Of a stretch of DNA of 34,764 nt, positions 12,231 through 24,519 are shown piece after piece. How positions within the stretch are numbered: the stretch's first letter is position 1; each line of letters begins with the position of its first letter. Origin of the DNA: Octopus bimaculoides (Eukaryota); NCBI RefSeq assembly GCF_001194135.2, contig NC_068984.1, forward strand, positions 9,451,865 to 9,486,628, read 5' to 3'. Made by a program: the position numbers and the translations under genes. A model generated the notes under the pieces. That model did no database searches and had not been told where the DNA came from. It worked only from the letters and a program-made list of their open reading frames with translations.

Positions 12231-12914
12231 NNNNNNNNNNNNNNNNNNNNNNNNNNNNNNNNNNNNNNNNNNNNNNNNNNNNNNNNNNNNNNNNNNNNNN
12301 NNNNNNNNNNNNNNNNNNNNNNNNNNNNNNNNNNNNNNNNNNNNNNNNNNNNNNNNNNNNNNNNNNNNNNNNNNNNNNNNNNNNNNNNNNNNNNNNNNNN
12401 NNNNNNNNNNNNNNNNNNNNNNNNNNNNNNNNNNNNNNNNNNNNNNNNNNNNNNNNNNNNNNNNNNNNNNNNNNNNNNNNNNNNNNNNNNNNNNNNNNNN
12501 NNNNNNNNNNNNNNNNNNNNNNNNNNNNNNNNNNNNNNNNNNNNNNNNNNNNNNNNNNNNNNNNNNNNNNNNNNNNNNNNNNNNNNNNNNNNNNNNNNNN
12601 NNNNNNNNNNNNNNNNNNNNNNNNNNNNNNNNNNNNNNNNNNNNNNNNNNNNNNNNNNNNNNNNNNNNNNNNNNNNNNNNNNNNNNNNNNNNNNNNNNNN
12701 NNNNNNNNNNNNNNNNNNNNNNNNNNNNNNNNNNNNNNNNNNNNNNNNNNNNNNNNNNNNNNNNNNNNNNNNNNNNNNNNNNNNNNNNNNNNNNNNNNNG
12801 CCGAACCGCCGGCACCGCGATGGAAAGGCCGACGTGTCGGCTGCGATACGAGCCACGCGGCCGGTACCGTACCCGTGAGTTTGCGATCGAAAGCGCTGTC
12901 GGCCTTATCCACTT

Positions 12915-13750
12915 TAGTCTAAAAAATTGACCCCAGTACTTATTCTTTTTAAGCCTAGTTCTTATTCTATCGGATCTTTTTTGTCGAACTACTGTTATGG
13001 GGACGTAAATACACCAACATCGGTTGTCAAGCGTTGGTAGGGGAACAAATACAGATACAAATAACAAATGCATACACACATATCCATACATAAATATATA
13101 TACAACGGGCTTCTTTCAGTTTCCGTCTGCCAAATCCACTCACAAGGCTTTGGTCGGCCCAAGGCTGTAGTAGAAGATACTTGGCCAGGTGCCACGCAGT
13201 GGGACCGAATCCGGAACCATGTGGTTGGGAGGCAAGCTTCTTTATTTCATTTTATTGGCCATGACGGCCTTACATAGAAGAAAAGGGGGAAAAAAAGAAA
13301 GAAGCTGCGGGCTGGACAAAGACATAATGGTATGTGTAATGAAAGTGATAACAATGAATAAATGGGGGGAAACAGCAACGCCCGCCGATTGCTTGATCCC
13401 CGAAAACATTGTTCTCATATATGAAGCAACAAGCTTCTTACAAATGTTCATATTGTTCATGATATCTATCACTGAAGCATTTTCGCCTTTCATGCATAAC
13501 ACTCCTCATCACTTGTGTGTCCGATTCCCATCAACGTCCACGCCCTCTCTAGGCACACCTCGAGTGGCGTGTCGGCGTCGCTAGGCACCACGTAAAATAT
13601 TTCACTGAAGTCATATAGCTTCTGCACTGTGTCCCACATTAAGGCCTCCATAGCTATCTGCGATGGCCATTCGGGATCTCGCATGCATGTCATGGTTGCT
13701 CCCTTAGGATATTTTTCTAACTCCTTCTTACCACACAACCACTCTTATAT
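12915..13750 (-). mobile_element. SINE family A interrupted by the 481-bp insert
   Basis: Head 13724-13750, body 12915-13242; matches the 2117 and 25477 copies once the insert is removed. Confidence 0.85.
13243..13723 (-). mobile_element. 481-bp retroposed-type insert inside a SINE: 3' end of an unknown ORF, 3' UTR and AATAAA
   Basis: CTTCTT direct repeats at 13237-13242 and 13724-13729; removing the insert restores the SINE head gagtggttgtgtggt-aagaag-cttgcctcccaaccacatgg; open frame ELEKYP...EECYA* ends at 13490; AATAAA at 13251-13256 on the minus strand. Confidence 0.75.
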
Positions 13751-14253
13751 ATNNNNNNNNNNNNNNNNNNNNNNNNNNNNNNNNNNNNNNNNNNNNNNNN
13801 NNNNNNNNNNNNNNNNNNNNNNNNNNNNNNNNNNNNNNNNNNNNNNNNNNNNNNNNNNNNNNNNNNNNNNNNNNNNNNNNNNNNNNNNNNNNNNNNNNNN
13901 NNNNNNNNNNNNNNNNNNNNNNNNNNNNNNNNNNNNNNNNNNNNNNNNNNNNNNNNNNNNNNNNNNNNNNNNNNNNNNNNNNNNNNNNNNNNNNNNNNNN
14001 NNNNNNNNNNNNNNNNNNNNNNNNNNNNNNNNNNNNNNNNNNNNNNNNNNNNNNNNNNNNNNNNNNNNNNNNNNNNNNNNNNNNNNNNNNNNNNNNNNNN
14101 NNNNNNNNNNNNNNNNNNNNNNNNNNNNNNNNNNNNNNNNNNNNNNNNNNNNNNNNNNNNNNNNNNNNNNNNNNNNNNNNNNNNNNNNNNNNNNNNNNNN
14201 NNNNNNNNNNNNNNNNNNNNNNNNNNNNNNNNNNNNNNNNNNNNNNNNNNNNN

Positions 14254-14318
<65 letters not shown>

Positions 14319-14798
14319 AGAACTCTCCTAAAATGTATGGAGTAACGCTGTGGTTTAATATTAAATTGTTTTTCTATAGAGCTCGACACAACAACAACAG
14401 GCGTTAATGTGATGATAAATCATTGAAAGTGTTTTGATCCGAGACCTCACGCTGACGTTAAAGCGATTGCAGCGTGGATGTCACAAGTTAAACCATTCTG
14501 AAACACACAAAGACCGTTCTAATATGGCGTCAAAAACGTCGTCGCCCGAAGCTGCTACTTGTTCAACGACGAAATATTCTCCTGCAGAATTTTTTATCAG
14601 TAAACAGGTCACACTTTTGTGCGACGAAAATTATGACACCATATTATAAATAAATATTTAAGAGAAGTTCGCGGACTTCGTGTCTTTCTGAATGGCTAAC
14701 TTAATGTCTCACACGCTACAATCGTTATACATACATACATACATACATACATACATACATACATACATACATACATACATACATACATACATACATAC

Positions 14799-15012
14799 AG
14801 CCTTACCAGGTTTATAGTTGTCATTATTGGGGCCCTGGGATGTGTAACAAACTGCCTAAATACCAATCTTGAGAAATTAGGCTTCGCAAAACCAGAAAGG
14901 AGAAACCTAATTCGAAGACTACAGATTAAATCCATCACTGGAACTGTAAAAATCTGTAAAACTTTCAGAAGTTTATCATTTACATATACATGATCATGTC
15001 TAGATATGCAGC
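14799..15012 (+). mobile_element. 3' end of a REL-type LINE after a (TACA)n tract, running into a gap
   Basis: [52 protein letters not shown], the IGALG...GT..I C-terminal pattern of REL elements. Confidence 0.7.
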
Positions 15013-15679
15013 NNNNNNNNNNNNNNNNNNNNNNNNNNNNNNNNNNNNNNNNNNNNNNNNNNNNNNNNNNNNNNNNNNNNNNNNNNNNNNNNNNNNNNNN
15101 NNNNNNNNNNNNNNNNNNNNNNNNNNNNNNNNNNNNNNNNNNNNNNNNNNNNNNNNNNNNNNNNNNNNNNNNNNNNNNNNNNNNNNNNNNNNNNNNNNNN
15201 NNNNNNNNNNNNNNNNNNNNNNNNNNNNNNNNNNNNNNNNNNNNNNNNNNNNNNNNNNNNNNNNNNNNNNNNNNNNNNNNNNNNNNNNNNNNNNNNNNNN
15301 NNNNNNNNNNNNNNNNNNNNNNNNNNNNNNNNNNNNNNNNNNNNNNNNNNNNNNNNNNNNNNNNNNNNNNNNNNNNNNNNNNNNNNNNNNNNNNNNNNNN
15401 NNNNNNNNNNNNNNNNNNNNNNNNNNNNNNNNNNNNNNNNNNNNNNNNNNNNNNNNNNNNNNNNNNNNNNNNNNNNNNNNNNNNNNNNNNNNNNNNNNNN
15501 NNNNNNNNNNNNNNNNNNNNNNAATCGTTATACATACATACATACATACATACATACATACATACATACATACATACATACATACATACATCCATACATA
15601 TATATGAACAGGCATGACTGAATTGGAGTTTTCAAACACTGAAAACTTTGCCAACTTTCACAATATATTCACAGAGAAG

Positions 15680-16197
15680 TAAGTGGACAAACACACACAA
15701 GCAGTCAAACGCACATATCAGAGAATATATCATAAGAATGACAAAGATACGAAAGCCTGGAACATGCCGATTCACAGAGGCAGGGAGATTAAAGAAAATC
15801 TTTTAGATATTATTGTCAAAGACCATCAGGAAAAAAACTGTCCTAATCAGCATATGAATTCCAATGAAAGACAATGTATCTTTGAAGAACTCTGCGAATA
15901 TAAATGCCTGGGAATAGCGATAAACAGAATGTGGGTATTGAAAACAAAAATAATCTTCATAATAACAGGTGTCTTAGAAAAGATAAAATGTGGTGCAGGC
16001 AAATATAATGCCAAAATTGCAAGACTTGCACAAAAACACAACATACGTGAAATGGCAATGCTAATCACTGGCCATATATTATATAATGTTTATTCAATAC
16101 AATGGAGGACCACAGTCTGTACAGTAGAGCTCCAGGCCAGACAGAATTGAGAACGATTCTGCAGTGAAGGCAAGCAATAAAATTAAAACTGCCAAGC

Positions 16198-16256
<59 letters not shown>

Positions 16257-16257
16257 T
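15680..16257 (+). mobile_element. Degenerate R4/Dong-like REL-domain 3' fragment with (TAA)n tail
   Basis: KAWNMPIHRGREIKENLLDIIVKDHQEK...YKCLGIAINRMWVLKT...MLITGHIL aligns by eye to the 9086-9867 copy; tail 16198-16257. Confidence 0.75.
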
Positions 16258-16259
16258 AA

Positions 16260-16495
16260 ACGTATCTGTCAAGACCTACCAAAAACTGAGCAAGTATAAA
16301 GATTTTAAAATAGAAATTAGTAAAATGTGGAACCTGAAGACTAAAACAATACTTGTTGTTATAGGTACCCTATGAATGATAGCAAAAGGGGCTGATCGCT
16401 ACCTAGATCAGATACCAGGAAACCCCAAAATGACAGTAATTCAAAACATAGTGCTCATGGGAACTGCCCATATCCTACGTAAAATAATAATAATA
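16260..16495 (+). mobile_element. Short R4/Dong-like 3' fragment
   Basis: KLSKYKDFKIEISKMWNLKTKTILVVIGTL*MIAKG...QNIVLMGTAHILRK, then a short (ATA)n. Confidence 0.8.
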
Positions 16496-16496
16496 A

Positions 16497-17145
16497 TGCA
16501 GAAAGGAGACTTAAAAGGGCGCACTGGGGTATCAGTGTGCAGCGCTCAAGAACAAGCTCTAAGAACAAACTACTCTAAATATCACATCGATAAAAGCACT
16601 GACTCGCCACAGTGTAGGATGTGCTCCGAGAAGAGAGAAAGTATTAGCCATATTGTTAGTGAGTGCTGTAAGCTCGCACAACGCAAATACAAAAGGAGAC
16701 ACGACAATGTGGCCAGATATGTCCACTGGCTGCTGTGCGGTAAAGCAAACCTCGAGAGAGCCAAACAGTGGTATGAACACAAGCCAGAGGGAGTAATGGA
16801 AAACGAACATTACAAAATACTCTGGGATTTTAACATGCAGTGCGACCAAATGATAGAGACCAGATATCTTGCTCGTCCATAAAGATGAAAAAAAGAGTAA
16901 GGATAATAGATGTTGCAATACCAGGCGATTCGAGAGGGAAATGTAAGGAAACAGAAAAGATTGAGAAATACCAGCCACTGCGGAACGAGATAGGAAAGTT
17001 ATGGGGCATCAGGAAAGTAATGGTGATACAGGTGGTAAATGGAGCATTGGGAGCAGTTTCCAAGAGCCTTGAAAAACATATTAAGAATATTGGAGCTGCT
17101 GACAGGCTTGAGGTGATCCCGAAGACAGCATTGTTGGGTACAGCA
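16497..17145 (+). mobile_element. R4/Dong-like fragment of a second subfamily: CCHC zinc knuckle and REL endonuclease
   Basis: CRMCSEKRESISHIVSEC, RRHDNVARYVHW, ILWDF, IIDVAIPGD, EKIEKY, ALLGTA; one frameshift or deletion near 16860. Confidence 0.88.
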
Positions 17146-17325
17146 CTTTCCTCTCGACTCTCAATTTTCTTTTCAAGTTAAACTTGAGGAAGTCAATGAG
17201 AACTCAACCAATGTATTTGTCCTCATGCCTTTCAGCCTTGTCCACCAAACAACCTCTTTCGCCACAGCCTCTAGGCAAAGGAAAACTGCATTGTCTTCCC
17301 GATTGAAGGAGAGTGGCGGTGAACA
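17146..17325 (-). mobile_element. Fragment resembling the C-terminus of an L1/Tx1-type ORF2
   Basis: Minus strand EDNAVFLCLEAVAKEVVWWTRLKG... then frame-shifted LIDFLKFNLKRKLRVERKVL; resembles the K..IW..R motif after the L1/Tx1 zinc finger (recognition only, no search run). Confidence 0.5.
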
Positions 17326-17340
17326 CTTATTCAGTGACCT

Positions 17341-17480
17341 TCTGAGCAAGATGGGCTATTTGACCTGAAGAAAAATCTAACTGGTCCCCAACTACAAGGT
17401 TTTGCTTGATATGAGGTTCCATGTCTTTCACATATGGTTGTGATGCATGTGTCTGGTGTACCATTATCAAACGGAATAAT
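17341..17480 (+). repeat. Second copy of the R4-like LINE 3' UTR module also seen at 33335-33490
   Basis: gatgggctatttgacctgaagaaaaatctaactggtcccc versus gatgggctacccgacctgaagaaaattctaagtgggcccc; shared catatggttgtgatgcatgtg. Confidence 0.8.
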
Positions 17481-18117
17481 AATACGGGTTTCTAATATAA
17501 GCAACGGGTTAGAAATTTTGAGAGGGTTAAAGTGGACTAACTCAACTTCAGTTCTTCATTTTTACTCCAAGTAGGTAAAAAGCAAAGTCAGCTCCAGCAG
17601 GATTTGAACACGGAACATAAAACCCGAATTGACGGAACTGTAAGACGTTAGACCAAATCCTTTGCGTTATTTGTTCTGGTTCTTCACATTTTGTGGCCTT
17701 ACTCGGACTTGGAGGTTAATAGGCCGTCTCCCAGTTTGACGCTGTTACCCGGAATAAGGGTTCTTTCTGTTAAGTCGAATCCGTTACAAGCTTTTAGGTG
17801 AGGTTTGAGATTTGGGGGTACCTTCCTCCCTCTTGCCCTTTCTCCCATCAACCTCGGACCAGGAATATCTTCTCTCCTGATTCAAAAAGATATAAAATGT
17901 CACACACCATGGATTATTTCGCTCGATATCCTACCTCTATGTCTTTTAGATATATTTGAAACTACTCGAATCGTTTGGGTCTTGTAAGCTTTCCGAGAAC
18001 GGGGAGAGGTTAAGACAAAAAGGATTCGTGGGGTTTCGATTCAACACCAATTTTGCCACAACCCGATGAGAATTGGATGGTGTTATTCAAGAATATATTC
18101 AGTGAGAAGCAGAGAAC

Positions 18118-18960
<843 letters not shown>

Positions 18961-19156
18961 GAGGAAAATGATTAAAAGACCAAAACCTGTTGCGTTGTTC
19001 CCCGAGACTATTGATATTGTTCATATTACCTGTGGATCACAGCAGGTTATGGGGAGGAAACCTGCTCGTCTACTTGAGTCACATAAGGAGAGAGAAAGAG
19101 ATACAAAGAAAAAAAAGAAGAGAGTGAGTGAGAGAGAGAGAGAGAGAGAGAGAGTG

Positions 19157-19445
19157 CAGTAAACGAACACTCGTGCGGAGATGGTTGCTGGGGGAAATAT
19201 AGCCGAAACAGTTAGTAGCTGCATGTAAGAATGAGGGAGTGTGAAAGGGAGAAAGAAGAAAAGGGAGGAGACAGAAGGGAGGAAGGGAGTGGGTGGACGG
19301 GACAGAGAAAGAGAAAGCGAAAGAGAGAGATAGGGGCAGAGTGAGAGAGAGAGATCAGTAAAAGAACAATCGTGCAGAGATGGTTGGTGGAGGAATTAAA
19401 GGAGAAACGTTAGGTAGTTGCAAGTAAGAATGAGAATGGGGGAGA
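19157..19445 (+). repeat. Tandem duplication of a roughly 85-nt block, 199-nt period, embedded in GA-rich sequence
   Basis: cagtaaacgaacactcgtgcggagatggttg...gtaagaatgag versus cagtaaaagaacaatcgtgcagagatggttg...gtaagaatgag. Confidence 0.8.
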
Positions 19446-19528
19446 GTGACAGAGAGAGAAAGAGTGAGAGAGAGAAAGAAAGAGAGAGAAAGAGAGAGAG
19501 AAAGAGAGAGAAAGAGAAAGAGAGAGAA

Positions 19529-19572
<44 letters not shown>

Positions 19573-20134
19573 AGACGTAAAGCGGAGGCAGGGAGGGAGA
19601 GAGAGAGATAATTATCCTTGAATTTTCGACTTTATCCACTCTCATTGCCCTCCCTCCGCACATTCTACTCCAGCGGATTAATTCCACGTCGGAAATTAAC
19701 CGCTGACATGAAATGTTATAATAACACCCCCACCACCAACACCACCACCAACGCCATCACCATCGACAGCAGCAGTCAGCTGCCAGCCATAGGCTGAAAC
19801 ACTGGATATTAAAATCTAATACAGCAGCAATGGCAGTGGTAACAACAGCAACAACAGCAGCAGCATTAATAATAGCATAAGGAACTGATTGGAGAAGAAA
19901 TGATAATAACCTGTGGACAGTAATGAGGTAAAAAGATTTTCATTTAATCCGACAAATAAAACAAAAAAAATAATAACAACACATTATAAAATATTAATGG
20001 CGTTCAGAGTTGTTTTTGTTTTTTGCATTTTCGTTTGGTTTTTTTTTTGTTTTTTTTGTTTCGTTTTGTCTTGATGGGGGTTTTTTTCTCGGACAAATTG
20101 GATCACAGACGCACAGACACAAACAGGTATATAT

Positions 20135-20173
<39 letters not shown>

Positions 20174-20709
20174 CGCACACAAATGGGTATATATACACAC
20201 ACATACAGAGACAGAGGAATACATACACAGAGGTATACACACACGCACGCACAAATACATATAGATACACACACACGCAAGTAGGTATATATAAACACGC
20301 ATACACTCAAAGAGGAATAGATACACACAGATATACATATAGACATACATATACACATACATGCATGCATGCATACATACATATATATATATATATATAC
20401 ACACACACAAAACTAACGGGCGAACAGGAACTTGTAGATATTCAGTCAAATACACACACTCGAACAGACATAGCAGAGACAAACGGACAGACAGATATGG
20501 TGAGAAAGACAGACAGACAGACGGGCAGACAGACAGACAGACAGACAGGCAGGCAGGCAGGCAGGCAGACTGACGGGCAGGCAGACTGACGGGCAGGCAG
20601 ACAGACAGAGGGATTGAACGATAGACAGACCAGGAGACAAGTAGGTATGTGTGGATGAACACACACACACACACACGCATATGCAAACACACAAACAAAG
20701 ACGTACACA

Positions 20710-21085
20710 CACACACAAATTTAGACAGCCTCTCACACACACACATACACACACACAAATGCAGACAGTTTCACACACACACATATACACACACAAATGC
20801 AGACAGACTCACACACACAAACATACACACACACAAATGCAGACAGTCTCACATACACACGCACATACACACACAAATTCATACAATCTCACACACACAC
20901 ACATACACACACACAAATGCAGACAGACTCATACACACACACAAATGCAGACAGACTCACACACACACATACACACACAATCTCACACACACATACACAC
21001 ACACACTAATTGCAGACAGACTCTCACACACACACACACACACACACATACACTCACACAAATGCAGACAGACTTGCACGCACAC
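20710..21085 (+). repeat. About 40-bp CA-based minisatellite with core ACAAATGCAGACAGACTC
   Basis: About 9 units, mostly 40-nt spacing. Confidence 0.85.
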
Positions 21086-21179
21086 ACACAAGATTCAGCA
21101 TGACACAATGCGACAAGGATGGCCCTTTGTATTACAGGTTCTACTCATTTTTGCCACTTTGTTATACTGAAAAACCGTA

Positions 21180-21285
21180 AAATAAAGTGTCTAGCTCAAG
21201 GACCCAACGCGCCGCCTGAAATCGAACTCACAACCCTATGATCAAAAGCCGACTACCTTATGCACTAAGCCACGCGCCTTCACAC
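21180..21285 (-). mobile_element. SINE family C-like head
   Basis: atcgaactc...cactaagccacgcgccttcac. Confidence 0.7.
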
Positions 21286-21754
21286 CGCGCAGACACATAC
21301 ACACTGACATACTGACTGTTAAGTCTTTCCATAACCCTTCAAACCCTAATCAATTCAAAATCCACCGTTTTCATCTCAGTTAAACTCATAATGTAATAAC
21401 GTCCTAGCTCCCGCTAGATATTATGGATAGTCACGGCTGGAATGCATTGGCTAAGGGGGATACAAACAACAACAGCAAAACAGAAACATGGAATTTGTTT
21501 AATCGATGTCATTGTTATTAGTATAAGAAGAACAATGCTCTGTCCACAGTCTTCGGTAGTTCTGTGAGGGTTCCCTGAAGCTGGTGACGCTGACGCAATT
21601 GACACACAGGTTGGTAAAATGTTATCAGCAAATAGATTCCAAGCGGTTGCAGTTGGATTCCATTGGGTGGTGGAGGAAGGATTGGTCGAAATGCTTACCA
21701 TGAGATTTATGCGAGTCAGCCATAGGTAGAATTTTTTTTTAATATCTTTTATTT

Positions 21755-21855
21755 TTTACTCGTCTCTGTCATTTAGACTGTGGCCATGCTGTGGCACCGC
21801 CTTGAACAATTTTAGTCAGGCGAATCAACGCCAGTACTTATTTTTTTAAAGCCTG
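21755..21855 (-). mobile_element. SINE family A 3' tail
   Basis: tcatttagactgtggccatgctgtggcaccgccttg. Confidence 0.75.
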
Positions 21856-21859
21856 GCAT

Positions 21860-21975
21860 CAGTGACGTCGCAACTCGTTTCTACAGATGAGAGAACTGGA
21901 GCAACGTGAAATAAAATGTCTTGCTCAAGAACACAACACACAGCCCAGTCCTGGAGTCGAACTCACTACTTCATG
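21860..21975 (-). mobile_element. SINE family C fragment
   Basis: gacgtcgcaactc...ggagcaacgtgaaataaaatgtcttgctcaagaacacaac. Confidence 0.8.
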
Positions 21976-22009
21976 ATATATACATATGTATATATGTATT
22001 TATATATAT

Positions 22010-22250
22010 TTCGTTTTTGGATTTGGCTTGCAAGATTCTTTATGTGAGTTCGTGTGTTGAATCATATTCTGTTGTGTCTGGGGAGAGTCAGTCTCTTTTG
22101 ATCAAAACTATTGAAAAGGTTGCAAGACGCAACGAAAATTTTAGAAAAATAAAATTAAAATTAAAATTAAAAAGAAATAAGTGGAAATTTTACCGGTGAG
22201 TGTGTTAAATTATAAGACACCAAAAGAGAATGACTCTCCCCAGAGAGTCT
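22010..22250. mobile_element. Penelope-like terminus with a 24-bp inverted repeat and a hammerhead-like core
   Basis: IR 22077-22100 and 22221-22244 (23/24 match); core at 22108-22144. Confidence 0.45.
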
Positions 22251-22627
22251 GGGTAGGCAAGGTAGGCAGTGCCTTCCTTGAATAAAATAGATCGATAACA
22301 TTTTCCTTTCATGGCAAAATATGGACCTAATTCAATAAAATTATGAAGATTACTATGTATAAAATGCAAAATATTTTATTTTTTGTAGACTAGGTAGGCA
22401 TAATTCGTCCCTGCTTTTCAATCCCAGTGTTAAAGCTACTCATAATACTGCTATAATACAGTACACCTGCTGCGTACATTCCTACAACAATGTTTTCTTT
22501 ACGTGCTATAAACGCAGAAGTAAATCTGCAGCCAACTCAGTCATGTGCCTGTGTTTCGCTTAGTTTTGTGTTTTACTACATAAAGGTTACCAACCGCCTA
22601 CCCCGAGTAATTACTGACGACACGTGC

Positions 22628-22659
<32 letters not shown>

Positions 22660-22874
22660 NNNNNNNNNNNNNNNNNNNNNNNNNNNNNNNNNNNNNNNNN
22701 NNNNNNNNNNNNNNNNNNNNNNNNNNNNNNNNNNNNNAAAATTCAATTTAATTTAATCTATCAAAATTAAAATTAAATTAAATTTCACAATATATAATAT
22801 ATAAATTATTAAATTTTTCTAAATGTGATTGTGGATTTTCATAGATGAATTCAATAATTGTGGGTTTTTTCTCT

Positions 22875-22879
<5 letters not shown>

Positions 22880-22913
<34 letters not shown>

Positions 22914-23045
22914 GAAACTTATAGAAAAACAAAAGATGAAGGCATGTGTATGAACAACAAGTAAGTGTTTTACTTTGACGCTCGGGAAGAATGAAAAACT
23001 CTTTTGCGTTTCGAGCCTACGCTCTTCAACACATATATAATCCTT
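22880..23045 (-). mobile_element. Second copy of the same Penelope-like tail
   Basis: Minus strand gttgaagagcgtaggctcgaaacgcaaaagag...cccgagcgtcaaa...ttgttgttcatacac...cttttgtttttct matches 10800-10920. Confidence 0.55.
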
Positions 23046-23539
23046 AAACAAGAATATTATTGACAGCGACATCGAAGTTTCTGGCAGTTAAGCTATCGTC
23101 GGACTGCAAAAATATTCTTATTTAAGAATAGAAAATTCATACGCTACAGAAGTATAGAATAACTCATAAGATTAATGTAATATCGTAACAACATATTAAT
23201 ACCGCCAGAGGCAGCATTAATGCCGAGGTGGACATAAATATTGCCTCTAATGCAAAATTTTTATTATAACGTAATATAAACACACACACACACACATACA
23301 ATTATAACATACATATATGCCTATATATATATATATATACGTATGTACACAAATACTCACACAAACACATATATCTATATACATACGCACATTTATACAT
23401 ACATGACTGCGTATGGATACACATTTTAAATTCAAATCTTATGCATGTTGTGAGTTAGGTTAAAATGTCTCATCGTGAAGTTACCGTCTCTGAGGACGAC
23501 AAGGTTTCACTCCCATATCTCGTCTCGACATCTTCATCC

Positions 23540-23702
23540 CTACTACAACAACAACAACTACTACTACTACTACTACCGCCACCACCACCACCACTACCAC
23601 CACCACAGTCACTACTACCACCACCACAACCACTACTACCACCATCACAATCACCACCATCACCAACACCACCATCACCTTTACCGCCACCACCACCACC
23701 AC
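23540..23702. repeat. (CAA/TAC/CAC)n trinucleotide tract running into a gap
   Basis: Direct reading. Confidence 0.95.
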
Positions 23703-24519
23703 NNNNNNNNNNNNNNNNNNNNNNNNNNNNNNNNNNNNNNNNNNNNNNNNNNNNNNNNNNNNNNNNNNNNNNNNNNNNNNNNNNNNNNNNNNNNNNNNNN
23801 NNNNNNNNNNNNNNNNNNNNNNNNNNNNNNNNNNNNNNNNNNNNNNNNNNNNNNNNNNNNNNNNNNNNNNNNNNNNNNNNNNNNNNNNNNNNNNNNNNNN
23901 NNNNNNNNNNNNNNNNNNNNNNNNNNNNNNNNNNNNNNNNNNNNNNNNNCCATCACCCATTTTCTGTCTCAACCTCTTTCTTCCCAAATTCTCTATTAAG
24001 CATCATACATGTTTTTCCTTTTTATAAAACTGTTTCCATTTAAAACAAATTTCCTGTACATGTTTCCTATTTCTCCATTGCCGTCCTATAGAAATTTCAA
24101 GACAAAACAAATAAAAAAAAAAAAGGAAAAGAAGTAATTTAATCAATCATCTGTCCGCACTTCCGTTCCACATTGCAATATCCCTGATCAAATTTACCAT
24201 CGAACTCCTACAGGATACATCTCACCTTCCTAATATCGACCCAACCAAAACAGAAACACAAAAAGACAACTAAACAGGAACTCCAAGTCAGGCTGAATGG
24301 TTCTGTTTATCGAACTATATACTAAATAAATAATCGTTCTATTTTGGTAACAGCTTATATGTATCATTACTTGTGTGAGATTCGGTGACAAGGTGGACTT
24401 AGGTTATATTTGTTTTCGTTACAAAATTTGTTTTCGATAAAGCCCTGTTGAAGTTTTCAAGCCTCAATTTTTTTTTAATATAAATTTATACGAGTGAAGT
24501 GTATGAGGTATAGATTTGT

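Noticed and set aside
21414-21730. 95-aa minus ORF MVSISTNPSS... and a possible MADSHKSH|gtaagc exon
   Set aside because: No recognisable domain, and the sequence upstream is a SINE tail with no acceptor or promoter
24092-24133. 42-nt AG..GT segment KFQDKTNKKKKGKE
   Set aside because: Low-complexity A-run; likely chance
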